Below, in pieces: positions 19,402-30,784 of a stretch of DNA of 35,529 bases. Position numbers and translations under genes: made by a program. The stretch comes from Ministeria vibrans ATCC 50519 (Eukaryota > Protista > Filasterea). The DNA is taken from contig CALSCP010001344.1 in assembly GCA_943704425.1 (NCBI GenBank), positions 1 through 35,529 of the forward strand, read 5' to 3'. Within the stretch, counting starts at the first letter, position 1; each line of letters opens with the position of its first letter. The notes under the pieces are model-generated. The model was not told the DNA's origin and did no database searches. It saw nothing but the letters and a program-made list of their open reading frames with translations.

Positions 19402-22308
19402 ATGTCACAGGGTGAGGCAGAGCGGCTGGGTGCGGTGGTGAACAAGCGGCCGCCGCACGGACCCGACTTGGGAGTGTTTCTGCGGCCACAGCTCAAAACG
19501 ATGCCTGCGCAGTGGAGCAACGCCGAATACTGCCTGCGCGCCGACCAGCTCAAGACGTGGTCGGAGCCATGGCTGTCGGCGGCTGTGTCGCGCGCCCCCG
19601 TGCTCATGGCGGCGCTGGATGCGCTCCACACGTCCATTGCGCGTCTGCAGTTTATCTCCAACAGCGTCTTCAAGGGCCCCCTGCCCAACGACCTTGTCGA
19701 GGTGGGCACTGGGGCAGACGCCAAGGCCAAGCGCGTCCTTGTCACCGCCGGCGACACCGTTCTCGCTCTCTTTGCGCATCTGGGTCGAATCGACGTTATG
19801 ACTGAGCTGCTCGAACGAATCCGCCTTGAAAAGGACCCTCACAAGCCGGAAACACAGCGCGCGTACGAGGCGGAGGAGCTGCAGACGAAGCTGCGCGACG
19901 AGTACTGTCGTCACGAGCTGCTGCGCATCGGTGCTGAGCGCGGCGAGGTTGTCTCCTGGGACGACAAGGCACGACTGCCCGCCGTCAAGCGCCTGCACGA
20001 GGAACGCGAGCGAATGCTCAAGGCGTCGCAGTCGCTCGATCCCGTAAACAAGGCCAACGACGAGGGTATTACGCCACTTGAGATTGCCATCGCAAATGGT
20101 CACTGGGCTCTCATGAAGCTGCTGGTGCAGCACGACGCCATTATTACGCCGCGCGCTTTTAGTCTCATTGCCGCACACAAATCCCCCGAACCCATCTCAT
20201 TCCTGGAGCAACAGCCCGGCACTCCGCACGACTTGGCGGCACCCATTGCGTGCCTTGACCATGAGGTCACGGCGCTTCATCTGGCCTGTCGCGATGCGCC
20301 CCTTCAAACATTCATTGACATTCTCAACTATGCCATGGAACGCGCACGCACTAAAGACCTCGCGCCGCTCTTCACCGTTGTCGACGATGCTGGCGAGACC
20401 CCCTGGGACTACGCTGCGTCGGCCGGGCGGCTTGACCTGTTGCGCCACATGGTCGAAGACCGTGGTATCTCCCTCAAAAACACGTCGCACCTCTTCCACT
20501 ACGCCTGTCGCGATGCCGCCGCCCTGCCCCATATCAAGGAGCTTCTTACATTTCTCTATGAGCAGCAAGTGGGTGTGTATACCACGGACCGCGCCGGCAA
20601 GACTGCCTTGCACTACTTGGCCGCCAGCGACGCACATTTGCCGCTGCTCACCTGGCTGTTCGAGATGCTGTGTCCGCCTTCCGTCGATATCGCGACGCAG
20701 GCGGGCGTCACGTTGTTGCATACAGCGTGCACAGCAGGCGCCCACGAGACGGCTTTGTACTTGCTGCAGCACGGTGCCGATGCGCATTGTGTGAGCGAGA
20801 TTGAGCGACTGGCGTCTATTCATTATGCCGCCCGCGGTGGCTGTGTACCGATCGTGACCGCGCTGGTCAACGACTACGACTGCAACCCGCTTCTTGCCTT
20901 CCCGCCTCACATGCGCTCGCCCGTGCACTATGCAGCCGAGGCAGCCCACGTCGATGTGGTCAGCGAGCTCTTTCGGTTAGTCACACACCAGTTTGCGGAC
21001 GAGAACGAGGAGGCAGTGCTCGACACTCTGCGCAACGATACCTCACCGCCCTCGACGACGCCCACCTATGACTCGAGCGTGCCGTACGATGCAGAAACGG
21101 ATAGAATGGAGCGCCTCGTCAACAAAAAACGGCTGCTTGAACGACAGATTGCGCTGCACGGCGGACGCAGACACTATGCCCTTTTGGTAGGTCTGCATCT
21201 CGCGTGCAAGCCCGACGGTGCTCGTCCCCTCCACTTGGCCGTGCGTGCTGCCGCCGACCGTGTTGTCGAGTGTCTTCTCGAGCTGGGCGCCGCCGCACAG
21301 GGTCCACTGGCCAAGGTGCTCTCGCGCAACACCACTCCGCTACTCGAGGCGTGTCAACTTTCGCCGTCCAAGCAGGGGGCATTGCGCACCGCAATCGTGC
21401 TTCTCGACCATTGCGGTGCAGGCTGTGTCAACGAGCCCATGGGCCCCGACAGACGCACCCCGCTCTGGCTGGCCGCGAGCGTTGGTCACGCGGCGCTTGT
21501 TGAAGAGCTGCTGGTGCGACGCCAGGCCAAGCCCGAACAGTGCGACCGCGGTGGTAAAACGCCCTTGATGGCAGCCATCTTTCATGCGCCGCGTGAGCTT
21601 GTGTGCGACACCGTGCGCACCCTGTTGAACCACGGTGCCAGTGCCGTGACGCCTACCAAACAGCCACCCTTGACGCCCCTTGCTGCCGCCGCCAAGCTTG
21701 CACATCCCGAGCTCGTGCGTCTTTTGCTTGACCATGCCGCTGCGCACAACCTCCCTGACTTGCTTAACACCTCCTGTCATCGTGGCTGCACTCCGCTACA
21801 CCTGGCCATTTTCGACCCGGACGAAGAGATGCCGCGCCTCGAGCGCTTTCGCAAACCCGGCTTTGACGAGGATGCGCTCGAGCGAGACCATCGCGATCGC
21901 GAGCTGTGCGTGCGCTATTTGCTTGAGGCAGGCGCCGAGCCCAACACGGTCGACGATGTTCACGGCGGGTCCGCACTGCAGCTCGCCATGATCCACGGTG
22001 GTGGCTCGCTCGTCGAGACTTTCTGTCGGCGAGCACAAGGGCTCACGCGCACTCATGTCTTGCACGTGCTTCAGCGCGTCGAGCAACTGGCTTCGCGCTA
22101 CGACCCGCTCCCAAGCGCACAGGCACAGGCCATTGCGCGCGCCGCCTGCGACAGCCGTCGACGCACCTGTGGCGCCTGCCGCCTTTTTGATGCCAGCAAC
22201 ACCATGCTCCTCTGTGCCAATTGTGATCGCGAGAAATACTGCGACCAGGTCTGTCAGCGCGCTGATTGGAAGAGTCACAAGCCTGTTTGTAATAAGAAAA
22301 AGAAATGA
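19402..22308 (+). CDS. ankyrin-repeat protein with C-terminal MYND zinc finger
   Basis: Single 968-aa ORF with many GxTPL/TALH ankyrin starts. The C-terminus CGAC...CANCDREKYCDQVCQRADWKSHKPVC fits the MYND pattern. Confidence 0.9.
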   Translation: MSQGEAERLGAVVNKRPPHGPDLGVFLRPQLKTMPAQWSNAEYCLRADQLKTWSEPWLSAAVSRAPVLMAALDALHTSIARLQFISNSVFKGPLPNDLVEVGTGADAKAKRVLVTAGDTVLALFAHLGRIDVMTELLERIRLEKDPHKPETQRAYEAEELQTKLRDEYCRHELLRIGAERGEVVSWDDKARLPAVKRLHEERERMLKASQSLDPVNKANDEGITPLEIAIANGHWALMKLLVQHDAIITPRAFSLIAAHKSPEPISFLEQQPGTPHDLAAPIACLDHEVTALHLACRDAPLQTFIDILNYAMERARTKDLAPLFTVVDDAGETPWDYAASAGRLDLLRHMVEDRGISLKNTSHLFHYACRDAAALPHIKELLTFLYEQQVGVYTTDRAGKTALHYLAASDAHLPLLTWLFEMLCPPSVDIATQAGVTLLHTACTAGAHETALYLLQHGADAHCVSEIERLASIHYAARGGCVPIVTALVNDYDCNPLLAFPPHMRSPVHYAAEAAHVDVVSELFRLVTHQFADENEEAVLDTLRNDTSPPSTTPTYDSSVPYDAETDRMERLVNKKRLLERQIALHGGRRHYALLVGLHLACKPDGARPLHLAVRAAADRVVECLLELGAAAQGPLAKVLSRNTTPLLEACQLSPSKQGALRTAIVLLDHCGAGCVNEPMGPDRRTPLWLAASVGHAALVEELLVRRQAKPEQCDRGGKTPLMAAIFHAPRELVCDTVRTLLNHGASAVTPTKQPPLTPLAAAAKLAHPELVRLLLDHAAAHNLPDLLNTSCHRGCTPLHLAIFDPDEEMPRLERFRKPGFDEDALERDHRDRELCVRYLLEAGAEPNTVDDVHGGSALQLAMIHGGGSLVETFCRRAQGLTRTHVLHVLQRVEQLASRYDPLPSAQAQAIARAACDSRRRTCGACRLFDASNTMLLCANCDREKYCDQVCQRADWKSHKPVCNKKKK

Positions 22309-23090
22309 GTGTCATTTTTTTGGTATGTCCTTTGAAATGTATCTTTCAAGTGACTGTTCATTCGTTCACGAAATTGTGCCTAGCTAGCCTTTTAAAATTA
22401 AACTTTCAGGTGACTTTCATTGAATTGATACGGCAGTTTTGTAATATCGTCTGAGAATCGTATTTATAAGGTTACCTGAAAGTTTTTTTTTTTTTTAAGA
22501 AAACAAAGCCAAAATACGGCTCCCAGTCTTGAGTACAACACTGCCTATCACTAGCAGCCTTGCTGACGCCACTTTGATTGAACTTTCAAGCAACTTTCAC
22601 TTTTGAATTCTCTTCGAATTCCCTTTTCAGCGAAGCTTCCGGACGGTAAATACTTATTTTCGCCGTATGTAATATGTAGGTGAAAGAACAATTTACTTCA
22701 TACTTCGCATGATATCAAGTATTCCAAATGTAAATAGTCAGGTACATTTTACACGGCGAAATTTATTACATACTTAAATTTAATAAACGGCTTAATTGCC
22801 CATTCTTGAAATTCTTATACTTGCTTTATTTTTATTTTTTTCTTCTGTGTAAATGTAGAACAGGCTGGTGATGAGAGTAAAACAAACTGGTGTAAGTGAA
22901 ATAATGCAGTAGCACACGAGCTGGCGAGGAAAGATGTGTCAGAGATGGATATGAGAGGAGTCGTGCAAATGTATCACGTTTACAAAGAGGCCCGTCTTGG
23001 CTCCTGTATGTGTGAAGCGGCCACTTCGGATGGAAGCATTTGCCCTAGTGGGACTTCCAAAAAGAACCAAAAAACAAGGAGACGGGGGGG

Positions 23091-23382
23091 TTTTTTTTTT
23101 TGAAAACCTAGGATGAAAGCTTCATTGTACAAGACAATCTGATTAGCCCTCCGAAGCGGCTGCTCCAGCCCCATGGGCCGAACGGTAATCAGAACGAGAC
23201 TTGTATGCGCTCAAAAAGGTGCACCCAGGCAAGCACACCTCCGAGCCCAGAAGGAGACGGTTTGCAGTGCCAACAGTGTTGGGACTGCTCAAGTTTTTTT
23301 TGAAAAACTAGGATGAAAGCTTCATTGTACAAGACAATCTAGCCCTCCGAAGCGGCTGCTCCATCCCCATGGGCCGAACGGG
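23091..23382 (-). repeat. two ~90-bp direct repeats each ending in an A-run on the minus strand; possible retroposon 3' ends
   Basis: tttttgaaaa.ctaggatgaaagcttcattgtacaagacaatct...gccctccgaagcggctgctcca.ccccatgggccgaacgg occurs at ~23091-23185 and ~23294-23382. Confidence 0.75.
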
Positions 23383-23939
23383 ACTACTCAAGTGCAAGGA
23401 AGTGGACATTAGGAGGGACTATGGCACAACTACGACAGTTAATGACCAGTAGATTATGCACGGGATGCGATGATGGCTTGGCGGAGACTAGAGAGTCCCT
23501 AGAGAGTCCCGAGAGAGAAGGGACTTGGGAGTACGGACGAATGCTACGATGAAGGGGCGCTGAAGTCAGTGAAGTGAGCACAGAGTAATAGGGTTGGCGC
23601 ATGGACGAAGGAGATGGACAGGGGACGAACTGGCGAGGGCAATCTCCGGGCAATCAGTGTCCAATCGAAGTTCAATCGGAGTTCAATCAGTGCTCAATCG
23701 GCAGTGCTGCGGAAGAGGCTGAAGAAGACGACGAAGGAGGCGGTGAAGAGTACCCAAGAGTTAAGAGTGATACGAGAACCATGTCAAGAGGAGCAATGAT
23801 ACTCATACAGATTTATACGGAGTTCCAGTCCGTCAAAGCAGGATGTTGATCGACGGAATATTGTTAAATACTTAAATTAGTGTGTTTACAGGTTTCTCGC
23901 ACACCCTCCTCATTCAAGGGACTGCACTACAAGTATACA

Positions 23940-24477
<538 letters not shown>

Positions 24478-24508
24478 ACAAGAAGGAATATATGTACTGT
24501 ATTATATG

Positions 24509-25145
24509 CTAAGGGTCAGCCAGAGATGAGAGTTCAACGCGCGGAAGGGTCTTTGCACGGTCAAGAGAGGCAGTGCGTTCCTGGAGGACATTGAGAAAGG
24601 AAGGGTGGTCCTTGCCGACAGCAGCCTCACAGAAGCGCTCGAGTTGCTCCCAGTGCAGAGTGGACTCGGCCTGTTGGCTGAGAGAGAAGAGTTATGAGTG
24701 TGCATGAACAAGGGGAGGCGAAGGAACATTCTATTTCAACTTGTGTGCACGATGCAAAGCGATGAATGCGCCCGTACACACCACAATAAAACATCATGTC
24801 TCGTCTTGCTCTCGCACCGTCTCTCTCGATCTCTATCTCTCTCCGTTTGATCAACATACCCTAAACGCGAGTACAATTCTGCAATGTCGCGTTTTGTTGC
24901 CATCCATTCGTTGATCCGTCGGTGTTTCTCCCACAGGATCAGTGCTAAATAAAGTTCATACAGAGGGTCAAAAAATTACCCTCTCTCTTAATTTCACTAC
25001 CTTTGTTATAATATTCAATGGCCTTTTTGGTTCGTTTCGTCTCACGATACAACAAACCCAAATTATGGTATACCTGTCACCAACAGCAACTAGCGTCAAG
25101 AAAAACAAGAACACCAAACACACAGAGACACAGAAACACAGAAAC

Positions 25146-25238
<93 letters not shown>

Positions 25239-26183
25239 AGAGAAACAAAGTGATAGAGAGAGAGAAACAAAGTGATAGAGAGAGAGAAACAAAGTGATAG
25301 AGAGAGAGAAACAAAGTGATAGAGAGAGAGAAACAAAGTGATAGAGAGAGAGAAACAAAGTGATAGAGAGAGAGAAACAAAGTGATAGAGAGAGAGAGAG
25401 AGAAACAAAGTGATAGAGAGAGAGAGAGATCACACGCAGATACACACACACATGTACGCAAACAGACAAACATACAGACACACACACAAACGGGGACGTA
25501 CGTGAGCAACGTCGTAGTGATCTCTGCCGAGTTGTTTGACACGCTGAACCAGTGCCCCTACAAATTTGCTCTCGGCCTCGTCGTAGCGCCCCATGGGGCA
25601 GAGAAACAGGCCCATGTTCACTGCTGCAGCACAGACATGGAGATCTTCGGGACCGTAGATCTCCAGAACGATCGAATGTGCAATGGTGCCCAAATCTAAT
25701 GCTTTCTGTCGCACGTCCAACGGTCGTTCAGCGCCGCAGATACATCTCCCGACTTACCTGACACTGGTCACTCTGAAAGTACAGCATGGCGGTTCTCGTG
25801 GCCCACTGCACGTCGCGACAGACAAAGCAGGATGAGCGTGGCAGACACAGACGAAAGTGTCACGCCGTCTTCTTTTTTTCTCGGGGTTCATTGTCACCTT
25901 CGCAAACTCACGACTGGTCTCGCCAAAGGCCTCTGCCACCTTAGCCCGCTGGCGGTTGAGCACAGCGTCCATCTACGGAAGGCGGTGCGCCGCGCAGGTG
26001 CGTGCAGGCGATGAGCGACGGCGATGCGCGACTGGGCCCTACCGTCGCAATGTCCTTCTGTTGTACGGCCGCTGAGAGCATTTTGATGTCGTTGATCGTC
26101 TCCTCGTCCATGATGGGCTGTCCTACGCCATCGTCGGAGCTGCCGGCGAGGTCCGTGGCCGGCGGGTTCTCAGATGTGGACAT
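24509..26183 (-). CDS. TPR protein (kinesin-light-chain-type TPR repeats)
   Basis: About 7 exons splice in frame: ...EFAK|WATRTAMLYFQSDQCQ|KALDLG...NMGLFLCPMGRYDEAE...LGRDHYDVAH|VYHNLGLLY...KAIEYYNK|ALILWEK...LG|QQAE...GKDHP...ADP*. Confidence 0.8.
25148..25430. repeat. (AG)n plus tandem (AG)nAAACAAAGTGAT satellite inside a TPR-gene intron
   Basis: About eight tandem AAACAAAGTGATAGAGAG units; the flanking exons join in frame. Confidence 0.95.
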
Positions 26184-26301
26184 GAGAGAAAAATTTATAA
26201 TATTTTGACTTATTCACATTTCACGAATTGTGTGATTCAACCCTCTTACATGAGACATCACTTACAATCATTTTTATTAATATTACAAGTAGACGTTTAT
26301 C

Positions 26302-28912
26302 ATGATCAAACGATCCACATGGCAATCTCGGGCCACCGGTACGACAGTAAAGCGACACAATCGCTTGTAATTGTTCGGTTTTCCTTCGGTTTCTTTCAGA
26401 GGTTGAAAACGACGAGAACGACAGCCGAACCAAGCCGATAGCGCCGTCCCAACGGGCCGTACGTGTTGCTGTCCGCATCCGGCCTCCGTTTGAATCAGAA
26501 TTGGCAACGGTACAAATCGGTTCATTTTTGAATTTTGTACTTATGAATCTGACGCTCTACAGGGCACTTACGAGGATGTCGTGCACGTGTCACCCAACCA
26601 GAGGTAAGACAAAGCACCAAGGATGGATTTCCTGCCGCGAATGTGTCCTCTTGGGCTGTACATTGGTCAGCGGTTTTCATTTGGGGTTTGACAATTATTG
26701 AGTTGGTTTAAAGGGACTTTCAAGTGATCTTTCATTGAGACAAGTTAAAATGATTGCGACTGAGTGCTCTCTCATCCATCCCCACTGTAGAAAGGTTGTC
26801 GTCTCGTACGCGGACCACAGCGAAGAGTTTGCGTTTGATCAAAACTTTGGCCCGGAGACGACACAGGAGGAGGTGTACAACGACATTGCCGCTCCCTTGG
26901 TCGAGCAGGTTCTCAACGGCCGCAGCTGCACCGTCATGGCATATGGCCAAACAGGCACAGGAAAGGTGAGAGAAATAAGTGAAAAACCGTCGTCTACTCT
27001 TCCGTTAAAAGCAAAGTGTGGAACCTGGGGGTGTAGACACACACAATGGGCCTTCTGACACGTCTCGCGCCCGACCCGTCTCCTGCCGATGGAATTGTGT
27101 CGCGTGCCCTCCACCACATCTTTCGATCTCGTCGTACTACTACTGCACCTCAGCGCGTAGCGCTCACCTTCACTCAGCTGTACTGTGATCAGCTGTTCAA
27201 TCTGCTTAATCCCAACTGTACCGGTTCGCTGGTGATTCGTGAAGATCCAAAAAGAGGGTTTTACATTGACGGATTGGGTACGAAGAGAGTGATGATATTG
27301 ATATAGATGAATTTAAATTCATTCACAACGCACCACCATTATAGTTATGACACAATTTTGTTCACGCAAGTACTCAATTGACACGCATTTTTACACTTTT
27401 ACCCACTTCTAGTCACACACCTTAAGATGAAAAAATAGACTCAAAACTTACTATCATACGACACAATTTTGTTCACACAAATACTCAATTGACCTCCAAC
27501 ATACTCCGACACACATTTTTACACTTATACTCACTTTCAGGCACACATTTAAAAAAACTTTTTTTTACCCCTTTGCAGAAGAACAAGAAGTTGGAAGTGT
27601 GGCGGAAGCGATTGAAGTGGTCAACTATGGCCTGGAACAACGGTACATGGCGAGCACACGACGGAACGTGACGAGCAGTCGAAGTCACTGCACATTGACT
27701 GTGACGGTGTTTGAAGGGGACGCGGATATGGGGCGGAAGTTGACGCTGATTGATTTGGCCGGGAGCGAGCGTGTGGCGGTGTCGCGCAGCAGTGGAGTGC
27801 GGTTGGACGAGGCCAAGGCGATTAATAAGAGTCTGTCGTTCCTGGGGAATGTGGTGCGGGCATTGGCACAAGGAAAGACGGGCGGCAGCAGCGAGTCGAC
27901 GTACGTGAGCTATCGGAGCAGTAAGCTGACGACGTTGCTGCACGAGACGCTTGCAGGTGGTGCTGGAGTGGGACTGGTTGCCACTGTGGACATGGGTCGG
28001 AGCAACCGCAGCGAGACACTGTCGACGTTGGCGTTTGCACGACGATGTATGGCGGTGCAGGTGCAGTATACAATTGGAAAGGGACAGGGAAGGAGGAAGA
28101 AGAGGACAGGGGAGGAAGGAGGGGAGGAGGGGGATGGGGAGGAGGAGTGGGAGCGCAGGATGGCCGAGCAGGCGCAGGTGCATGCTGTGCGCGAGCAAAA
28201 GCTGGTGGAATTTTATGAGCAGACAATTCAGGAGATGGAAGAGCGACTTAAGAGCGCACAGGAAAGACGAAGAGAAGAAGAGGAGGAAAGAGAAGAAGCG
28301 GGCATGAGCGCGTCAGTGGCGCAGTATAAGGCGGATGAGGAGAGGATTGCGCGTGAAATGAGCAGCGCGCCCCTCAATGTGCCCACGACTGTCACGACAA
28401 GCACACCAAGACCCGTCATGGCCTACACGTACAAACTACTGGCGGATCTCCGGACGCGCACTCTGGCGCCCATTGAGACGAGTCTTGCACGCGAACAGTC
28501 GCTCTGTGCGGCCCATGGCATTGCACCGGTGCTCGACGCGCAGTCCCTGCCCACCGACGCAGTCCTTCCGCCTCTCGACACCCTTGACACGGACGCATCG
28601 TTGCTATCGGCACTCCGTACTGCACACGGCCACGTGGCTGCCAACACCCACTTGATTGCGCGCGTGTGGGAACGCAAAGACGCACGCATTGCGTCTCTGG
28701 CTCAGGCTCTCAGCGATCTTCAACAACAACAACAAGAGTCCTCGTCGCCCGCCGTGGTCGCCGTCGCCCGCACCTCGCCCTGGCCTCAAGGTGTGCCCCA
28801 GCAACCGCTTGAGTGCACCACTTTGTCCTCACGTGTGGCGGCGGCTTCCATGTCAGGTGTGTCCGCGCGCGACCGAGTTCGGATGCTTCTTGACGAGTCC
28901 TCAGCAGTGTGA
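26302..28912 (+). CDS. N-terminal-motor kinesin (subfamily unassigned)
   Basis: Spliced motifs VRVAVRIRP, FAFD, AYGQTGTGK|THTMG, SSRSH, LIDLAGSE, INKSL, YRSSKLT and ETLSTLAFA, followed by coiled coil. The start is uncertain (26302 or 26319). Confidence 0.92.
27349..27530. repeat. imperfect ~110-bp tandem duplication in kinesin intron 27278-27578
   Basis: gacacaattttgttcac.caa.tactcaattgac...catttttacactt occurs twice, at ~27349 and ~27460. Confidence 0.75.
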
Positions 28913-28956
28913 TGAATACAGTTAATTTCTTAACAATGCAGTCAGTCACTTCTCTA

Positions 28957-29048
28957 GTGGGAACGAGTATCATCGACGGGTTGGGACAACGCTCGGCGGG
29001 GTTTGCATTGACGCCATGGTAACCCAATGAGGCTATTGGTGTCCCGTT
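28957..29048 (+). pseudogene. degenerate fragment duplicated from the 5' part of the 30785-31858 gene
   Basis: gaacgagtatcatcgacgggttgggacaacgctcggcgggg matches gaacgagtaccatcgacgcgttgggcaacgctcggcgggat at ~30856. It carries a 1-nt insertion and TGG CAA changed to TGG TAA. Confidence 0.75.
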
Positions 29049-29371
29049 CACCGGTCGCCGGCGCACGTGAAGCGCCTCAGGGGCTTCATGCTGCCACTGC
29101 CGGCGTTGCGTGCTCTCGGTGTGTGTGTGTGTCTTTTCGAATATCTCGAATTCTTTGTGCGCTTGCTGCAAGAGCGTATTAGTGGGTCTATGGATGTTTC
29201 ATCTTCTTGGGGCTAGCCTATGGCGGAAGCATTGTATTATTTTTCATTGCATTAACTCTTCTTCTCGAGTAAACTTTACTGCATTTCTTCCCATCCTCCA
29301 AATGGGCTTATTCAGCTCCAGTCTCGACATTTTTTTAACTTTGATTATCACCAATCAATACCACTGTACAG

Positions 29372-29968
29372 ATGAGCTCGGCATTGGGCTTTGTCGTGCA
29401 CGGAATCGACTCGGGGTGTGTGTTTTTCGCCCATTTCTACGATGTGTGTGGCGACGAGCGGGCCAGTGCAGAGGGCGTCCGACGCGGCCGGCACCAGGCG
29501 CAGGCCGACCTCGCCGCCATGTCTGTTCGCGCCGACGTGGTGATGCGGCGTGGTTCGCCGGGCGGCCTCGCCGCTGGAACGTCTGGCGGGGCGTCAGGCG
29601 ACGATGAAATATTCGGCAACGTTCCGATTGATCGTGGCGTTCTGTCGCTCCCCGCCGGCGGCCCGTTCACCGTGCGGACCGTCGCTGTGTGGCAGGTGGT
29701 GGGCAAGTGTGGTCTTACCCTGCTGTGCGGCCCCGGCGCCAACCGGCTGCTCGCGAGCGACGTAGTGGCGCATGCCGCTTCGCTGCTCGCCAGTGTGTCG
29801 TCGCCCAGGCTGTGGGATCAGCCTGCCGACACCCTCCTGCGACCCGAAGACGTCGCTGCCGTGCTTCACCATCTCATGCCGTCGGGAACAATGCTCCTCC
29901 TCAACGCGCGCCTGATCAAGACAGCGAGGAAAGCGCTCGTCGCCCAAATGGCCCAAGAGAAGAGATGA
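29372..29968 (+). CDS. AP5S1: AP-5 complex subunit sigma
   Basis: GFVVH...GVLSLPAGGPF...VAVWQ...ANRLLA...LLRPEDVAAVLHHLMPSGTMLLLN parallels the AP5S1 pattern as recalled (AFLIH...F..P..VVW...ENLLLAE...LLR...LPHGQLLFLN); about 200 aa. Confidence 0.82.
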   Translation: MSSALGFVVHGIDSGCVFFAHFYDVCGDERASAEGVRRGRHQAQADLAAMSVRADVVMRRGSPGGLAAGTSGGASGDDEIFGNVPIDRGVLSLPAGGPFTVRTVAVWQVVGKCGLTLLCGPGANRLLASDVVAHAASLLASVSSPRLWDQPADTLLRPEDVAAVLHHLMPSGTMLLLNARLIKTARKALVAQMAQEKR

Positions 29969-30078
29969 GATGAGCACTAGGGGCCCCTTCGTTTTGATTG
30001 TGTATGTAATTTTGTCAAAGAATGTAACAACAAAGCCCTTTATATATCATTATTATGTCGATGGTACAGCACCTGTTG

Positions 30079-30655
30079 CTACGTCCCCTTCTTGCGCCGA
30101 ATCACCTCGAAGGCGCTGTACTCGAGCGTGTCAACATCACGTTCGTTGCGAAACTCTGCACGGTCTATTCTGCTGGCGGGAGAACCCGTATGGCGCAGCC
30201 AGTGCTTGAGACGCGCCAGACTGTCACAGTCGCCTTGAGCGACGCCAAGGACAGAGCCCGACGGGAGATTCTTGCACCAGCCTACGAGGGAGAGCGACTC
30301 GGCTTGGCGTGCCGTATTGACGCGGAAGAAGACCCCCTGGACCTGAACAGAGAAAGAGAGAGAGAAAAGGAGAGGAGTGAGAGGAGTGAGAGCGAGTCAG
30401 CGACACTCAATTGATACATTAGTATTACTACTATGAGAAGAAGACATATTCACTGACCTTTCCAAAAATCTCAAAATCAACTGAACACAGCCGCATTGGA
30501 CAGTCGGCGTCGGAAGCACAGCGTGCAACACTAAGCTGGGGGTCGACAGAGGCTGGTTGCTGAGTGAACAGGCGGGCGGCGAGGAGGAGAGTGCCAGCAA
30601 AGACAATCGACACCAAGACTTTCTTTCTCCACGACCAGTCCGTCCTCTCTCCCAT
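30079..30655 (-). CDS. acylphosphatase with hydrophobic N-terminal extension
   Basis: Exons 30655-30458 and 30342-30079 read SVDFEIFGK|VQGVFFR...LVGWCKN...GSVLG...WL..TGSPASRI. The catalytic Arg and Asn are present. Confidence 0.92.
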
Positions 30656-30784
30656 GCACTACAAAGACCAAACGGAAGAGTCCAGTCTTTTTACAGAAAG
30701 AGGCTACTCAGCGACCGACAAAAGATGAAAAGATGATTCATTTTTTTCATATTCAAACTTCATTCAAACAAACAATAATTTGAA

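Noticed and set aside
25240-25430. Regularly spaced repeats resembling a CRISPR array
   Set aside because: The spacers are just AG runs, the array is inside a eukaryotic intron, and there are no cas genes.
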